64,000 nt of DNA, taken from the NCBI RefSeq assembly GCF_009914755.1, contig NC_060927.1. One strand, 5' to 3'. Positions 58,719-64,000 of this stretch are shown in pieces. The translations under genes were made by a program, and so were the position numbers. The notes beneath the pieces are model-generated. The model was not told the DNA's origin. It searched no databases and saw nothing but the letters and a program-made list of their open reading frames with translations. Within the stretch, counting starts at the first letter, position 1. Each line of letters starts with the position of its first letter. Origin of the DNA: the human T2T-CHM13v2.0 reference genome, Homo sapiens.

Positions 58719-58869
58719 AGGGGGGAGGGGAGGGATGGCATTAGGAGATATACCTAATGTAAATGACGAGTTAATGGGTGCAGCACACCAACATGGCACA
58801 TGTATACATATGTAACAAACCTCCACGTTGTGCACATGTACCCTAAAACTTAAAGTATAATAATAAAAA
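58719..58869 (+). mobile_element. ~150-bp 5'-truncated young L1PA (PA3/4-like) with 14-bp TSD
   Basis: L1 3' end ...gtaccctaaaacttaaagtataataataaaa. TSD AAAAGATAATGTTT at 58705-58718 and 58870-58883, at a TT/AAAA endonuclease site. Confidence 0.95.
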
Positions 58870-60433
58870 AAAAGATAATGTTTGCAAAGATACTCTGTGC
58901 ACTCAAAGTGTGCTCTATACACTTCATTGCCATTCACATTTTGGGTTTATGAGGCTTCCATTTGCTGGCAATTCAAATGTGACTCTGAGTTAGATGTCGT
59001 GGTGTGGGAGATATGTTTATAGGAGTTTAAAGCACAGATAGACAACTAGATTGTCCTGCCCACCCAGACTGTGCTTCTCACTCTCACTGTGCCCTTTCTT
59101 AACCTTTGGAAATGCTTTTATTTATATATAAAATAGGCTATAACTTCATATAGTTGTATTACAAAAAGTTAATGCACAGAAAAAGACTTGTGCTAGGTAT
59201 ATGGTTTCTTCTCAATTAAATGGAAGCCATTGCCTGTATTTGTCAATAGAATTCATCATACTTTATCTCACATATTCAGTGCTTTACATCACTGTTGGCA
59301 CATGATATGTTTAGACTGCACAAGGGTGAATTATGTCAAATTTATCTATCTGCAGGAAAGAATGTAGCCCAAGGTACCTTGTTTAGCTGAGCCAAAGTTT
59401 GCATTTATTAAAAATGTAATTTTTGTCTTGAAATGATGCCTGATCTCACAGAACTATGGCTTCCAATCTCTAAATCACTGTGCTCAGTAGTACAACTATG
59501 TACTCTGTGTCCGTCCTAGTAGCTATATTGCTGGGATCTGGAGCGTGACTTTTGGGTCTTTCTGTAATGCCTTACCTCTCATCAAAATTCACAAGACCTG
59601 CTCTCTGGATTGTGAGACTTATGCATTACAAATAAAAAGGTGCTGTCCTGATGGCATTCCAAAGCCATTTGAAATGAGTTGCTTTGGTTTCCAGTGAGTC
59701 ATTTTTTATGTTGACTATCATTACTTTACCATTACCTTTTAATTTGGAAATGTAAAAATTCATTGCCATGTTCCTTGGAATATAGGGTCCTTGGAATATA
59801 GTGACCCTCATATAGGGTCACTGAGATGAGCCTGGAAATATCAATCACTGGAGCCCTTCTAGTGGGATAATGTTGTTGTTAATATTGCTGGTATTGTATT
59901 CTTCACATTTCCTCCAGTAAAATGTAAAGTGACCAAAATGTAAGCGTCATGCAGGCAAGGGTTCTTTTATTTGTTCAATGAACACTGCCTTCACGTAGTG
60001 GTCAGTTAATATTCACTACTAGAATGCATGTTGAATGGCAGCTCTTTTATTTGCCATTCGCATTGGCCCACTTTATAGCAGTTGGACCAAAAAGTTGGAC
60101 AAAGTGTGTTGATCTTTTATGACAAAATAGATATCTCTTTCTTTCTTTCATTGTTGCTTTTTCTGTGGGCAAGTTGATACACATTGTAGCCCTGATGTTA
60201 TTTTAGGGCATACAGTTGAAGTTATTAGATACTTTAGAGTTTATTTAATTATAATATGAAGCTTTGAGTTTCTGTTTCATTATTAATTTATTTTATGGTA
60301 GTGTTGCTTAACTTAGTGTGCAAGGCCTACAAATAAACCTAATAAATATCTTACAAACTGCCTTAAAATATATCTAATGTTTTTTACTGAAATATTTTTA
60401 AACATATTGAAGTTGGAATTCCAGGTAACTGTA

Positions 60434-60499
60434 TACACGCACACACACACAAAACACACACGCACACACACACAAAACACACACACACACATACACACA
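60434..60499. repeat. Interrupted (CA)n microsatellite
   Basis: Run visible directly. Confidence 0.9.
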
Positions 60500-61499
60500 T
60501 TAGGTTTTCATTTGGTTTCTTTGTTCCTATTATTGAAATTCCTATGCTAATAACCATATCAATTTATGAAACTCATTTTGAGAAAAAAAGGCCTAAAATA
60601 TAACTCATTTTTAAAATGATTTTCTCTTAATTTTTAATGTAATATTTTAATAAAATATGGTAGGGCAATTTTGTATAAATATTTATGCTAAGCTTTCTAC
60701 ATAAGTTCCCGCATATAGTTTAGTTTTTAATAGAAGGTTTTTTTTTTTTACTTCAGTATCCACTTTAAAGTCAATGACATTTAGTGTTTTTTACTTTACA
60801 GTTCTAAGTTACTTATGCTTAAAAAGTCATCTGACTTTTAAGTTAATGTCCAACTTGATTGTTATCTCTCTACATGTTATTGATGCGTTCTTGAAAGTAG
60901 TTAGATTTTGAAAAACATTACTAAGAGGGTTTTTTTTTTTCATCTTTGGAAAGTAACTTGGGATAAATGGTTGTCTTTTGTCTTTGTCCTCCTCTCTACA
61001 CACAACTCCCCATTCCAGATCATTAGCTGAACTTGTGTGCTGAGGTTAATATTCTGTTTTACCTTTCTTGTCAAATTGCTAGATACAGCTTTGTTCAGTT
61101 ATATACTGTACAAACAGAATCTCATCTTAACTTTTTAATCTCTCTCTTTTTAACTGATGTGTTCACCCTCAGATTTGTTGTCATTTAGAAGAGGACTTCC
61201 TGTTAGAAATATAATAATTTTCCTTCATGTGGAATCTTCAATACAAAAAAACAGAAAAACACGTATAAATGGTTTGCATGTGTCATGCTGATAGTTGGAG
61301 GGCAACTGATATTAGAAAAAGTGACACTATCTTTCTGAACATAAACCTTGTTTCATCTTAGAATTTAGAATTTGGTGCTGAACCAATTTTGTACCTCATT
61401 GCTATAAACCTAATGAGTTGTTAATATGTGATTAACTGCCTTGGCCAAACTCAAGATCTTATTCACACATACAATATGCTCAGATAACTTATTTTTATT

Positions 61500-61860
61500 T
61501 GTTCAATCACTCCTTTAGTTTTTCATTTATTTCACAAACATTCATTGACACTTACGTGGCAGCACTCTTATAGGAATAGAATATACCCTGTTAAATCAGA
61601 CATGATACTTGCTTTTGTGGAGCTTATGCTTTAGTGGAGAAACAGAAAGTCAAGCAAAAACTCAAACTATACAACTTTAAATTGGATATGTGCTAATGAA
61701 GGAAAATGTGGCACTGTAAGAAAAAATAATAGGGAGTTAAAGGATAAATAGGAGTTTGCTGGATGAAATTTATGAAGGACTGAGGATTTCAAGCAAAAGA
61801 AACTGATGCAGGAGGGGGCAGCTTTGGAGTCAAGAATGAAGTTCTAGGATATAGAGAGCA
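61500..61860 (-). mobile_element. L2 3' fragment
   Basis: ttcatttatttcacaaacattcattgacacttacgtggcagcact...ggagcttatgctttagtggaga. Confidence 0.55.
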
Positions 61861-63152
61861 AGGAAGTGGTGGGAGAGGAGGTAAAAGTAGGTAGGATTTT
61901 ATTATTATCAATGGGAAAATATTGAACAATCCTAAGCAGAAAGGCAATGATATATGTTCATCTTCATTACAAATTCTTATATCTTTAGTAGACCTGTTTT
62001 CAGGCAAAACTTCATGAGAGAATAGTAACAAAGATAAAAAAAGCAGTGTTCTCAAATTATCTCTAACCCACCTGATAACTTTGAGTTAAATGGCCTCAAC
62101 ATTTTGTGATGCTTTTCCCTCTTATAAAGTAAGGAGTATAGATGAGGTGAGGTATCCAATTTCATTTAGCTTCAATTTCCTGTAATTTGACGGCTGTCAA
62201 GCCATGCTTTGCTTTGTTCTGTTTGTGAGTCAGAGCAACTTTAAGGCAGTATATTAACTAGGAGAACTATTTCTTTACTTTTAAACTTCAAAATTATGAT
62301 GACATAAGTATTTTAAAGAGCATTTAGAAAGTAGACAAATGAAAAATTTTTAACATTTTGGAATGCTTCTTTTATTTCTTTTTGAAACCTAGGTTTTTGG
62401 TGGTAGTGGTGATATTTATTTTTGCCAAACTAACCATTCTGTGTAATTTTGTAGCATTTTGGGTTGATGACCACTGTAAGTCTAGTATTCCCATACGTGT
62501 TAAAATTTATCTTTACAATTAATATATTTTCACTGAATTATTTAATTATAAATTAAACTATAATTTCAAATACATGTTCAATGAGATATTATTAGGCATT
62601 ACCTGAAAAGGATTTCTGGAGAAAGAAAGAATTTCTGGTTAAAAAAGGGTTGAGCAGGTTTTCCTAGTGCAGTACTCTTGGTCTCTAGGATGGAGCTACA
62701 GCATAAAACATCTTCCAAATTTACTTCACAAATTAGCCCTTAGATTTCATGAATTACTTATAATTTTTGTTTGTAGACCACAGTTTCTTTGCTCTTCAGT
62801 ATTACACTTGCTTATGTGAGTTTCTAAAACTAAGTTTAATTTTGGAAATTCTTAATTTTCTATTTACGTTTTGAATTGTGTTTAAATATAAAATTAAGTT
62901 TAGTAGAAAGCTAGGTTTTTATTTCTACCTACAAATTCAATGTCCCATCAATAGAAAAAAATTCTCAATAATATTTTAAAGTTACTTACTTTAGTCTTTG
63001 TCGTTAAAAAATAAAATTTACCAGGCAGAAATGCTCCATAAGCTACCTATGGAGGAAATATAAATATTATTATTACCTACTAATATTAATATACAAAATG
63101 GTCAATTATGTGTATAGCAGTTAAATATATATAAAAGTTAAATATTTATAAA

Positions 63153-63734
63153 TGATACAGGACTCACGTGTTTGTATGCCTGCTGTGCAGTCACAGTCTG
63201 ATATATTGATAAACAGAGTTTGCAGTAGAGAAAGAGTTTAATGATTGCAGGGCAGCTGAGTGAGGAGATGCGAGCACCCTCAAATCTGTCTTTCCATAGA
63301 GTACTTTGCTGGGGTGAAGGGATTGTAGAGGGCCAGGGGCTGGAAAATTGGGGTCACTGACTGGTTTGGGTGAGGGGGATTAAATCACCAGGATGTAGAA
63401 ACTTCGCCCTTTAGTGAGTCAGCTTCTCCTGGAGTCCTTCAGAGCAGCTGATGTCAGTAGTTTCACTGGTATGTAGGATCTGAAAGAATACCTCAAAGAG
63501 AAAACTTAACATTTCACAATGCTCAAGTTGTTATCTATGAGTAGTTAAGTTTAACTATAATCTTGTGACAGGATATAAATGATTGTGGGGCCATACCTAG
63601 TGAACAATTATGAGGAAGCAGGACAGACAGCAAGTTAACATAATGTTTAAGGCTGGATGTGCTGGAAGCTTGTTTTTATTTCATCCCCTCCCTCCTTTCC
63701 CAAATAATTTTATAAAGATTATAGGGGTGGTTTC
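63153..63734 (-). mobile_element. ERV1 solo LTR (MER39-like)
   Basis: TG...CA termini. The minus strand starts tgaaaccacccctataatcttttataaaatt and includes catacc agtgaaactactgacatcagctg, matching the recalled MER39-type consensus. Confidence 0.65.
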
Positions 63735-63896
63735 ATTATATATATAACTTCTAATATTTTATCGGTTAATAAAAGCTCAAATTTTCTCGACATTTTTGTT
63801 GATTAAGCTAATAAGGTGGCTTTTACCAATGGATCTTGAAATGTGGTATGCTAAATGAATTTCTGTTTTCAAAAAGAATTGTGCATGATCAATAAC

Positions 63897-63954
63897 TCAC
63901 TAAAACAGTAGGCAAGTAAACTATATCACTAAGACAGTAGGCAAGTAAACTATA
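63897..63954. repeat. 29-bp tandem duplication
   Basis: TCACTAA(A/G)ACAGTAGGCAAGTAAACTATA x2. Confidence 0.9.
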
Positions 63955-64000
63955 TTTTTAAATTTACTAGTGGTGCAATCTTGTGCAAGTCACCTGACAC

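Larger units (their letters stand above)
40844..64000 (+). other. ROBO2: ROBO2a intron 2 (runs beyond the window)
   Basis: GTAAGT donor; no Ig-domain coding exon recognisable downstream in the window. Confidence 0.8.

Overview
This is human (primate) genomic DNA: AT-rich, dense in repeats and almost entirely non-coding. It holds the 5' end of the distal ROBO2a isoform on the + strand. There is a CpG-island promoter with a non-coding exon 1 (about 9914-10199, donor CAG|GTGAGT), a 30.5-kb intron 1, and a 122-nt exon 2 (40722-40843). Exon 2 encodes MARRHERVTRRMWTWAPGLLMMTVVFWGHQGNGQGQ, recognised from memory as the ROBO2a N-terminus. The rest of the window is the start of intron 2. From recall this segment is at 3p12.3 and has paralogous copies elsewhere, so the sequence alone cannot prove which copy this is. 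The remainder is Alu, L1, L2, MIR, MaLR/ERV LTR and DNA-transposon fossils plus tandem repeats. The supplied ORF track misses the only real coding exon; its ORFs are decayed L1, Alu or chance frames. I see no evidence of a new protein-coding system. The most interesting signals are structural or regulatory: a ~70-80-bp target-site duplication around a 4.3-kb L1, an out-of-frame uATG 5 nt before the ROBO2a start, a MIR-derived 37-bp VNTR upstream of the promoter, a compound repeat of 74-bp cores with (GT)n spacers, an AluJ with clustered AT-to-GC substitutions, a microhomology-joined inverted Alu chimera, and an (ATTTC)4 tract in an AluJ linker. Repeat subfamily names come from recalled consensus sequences and are approximate.
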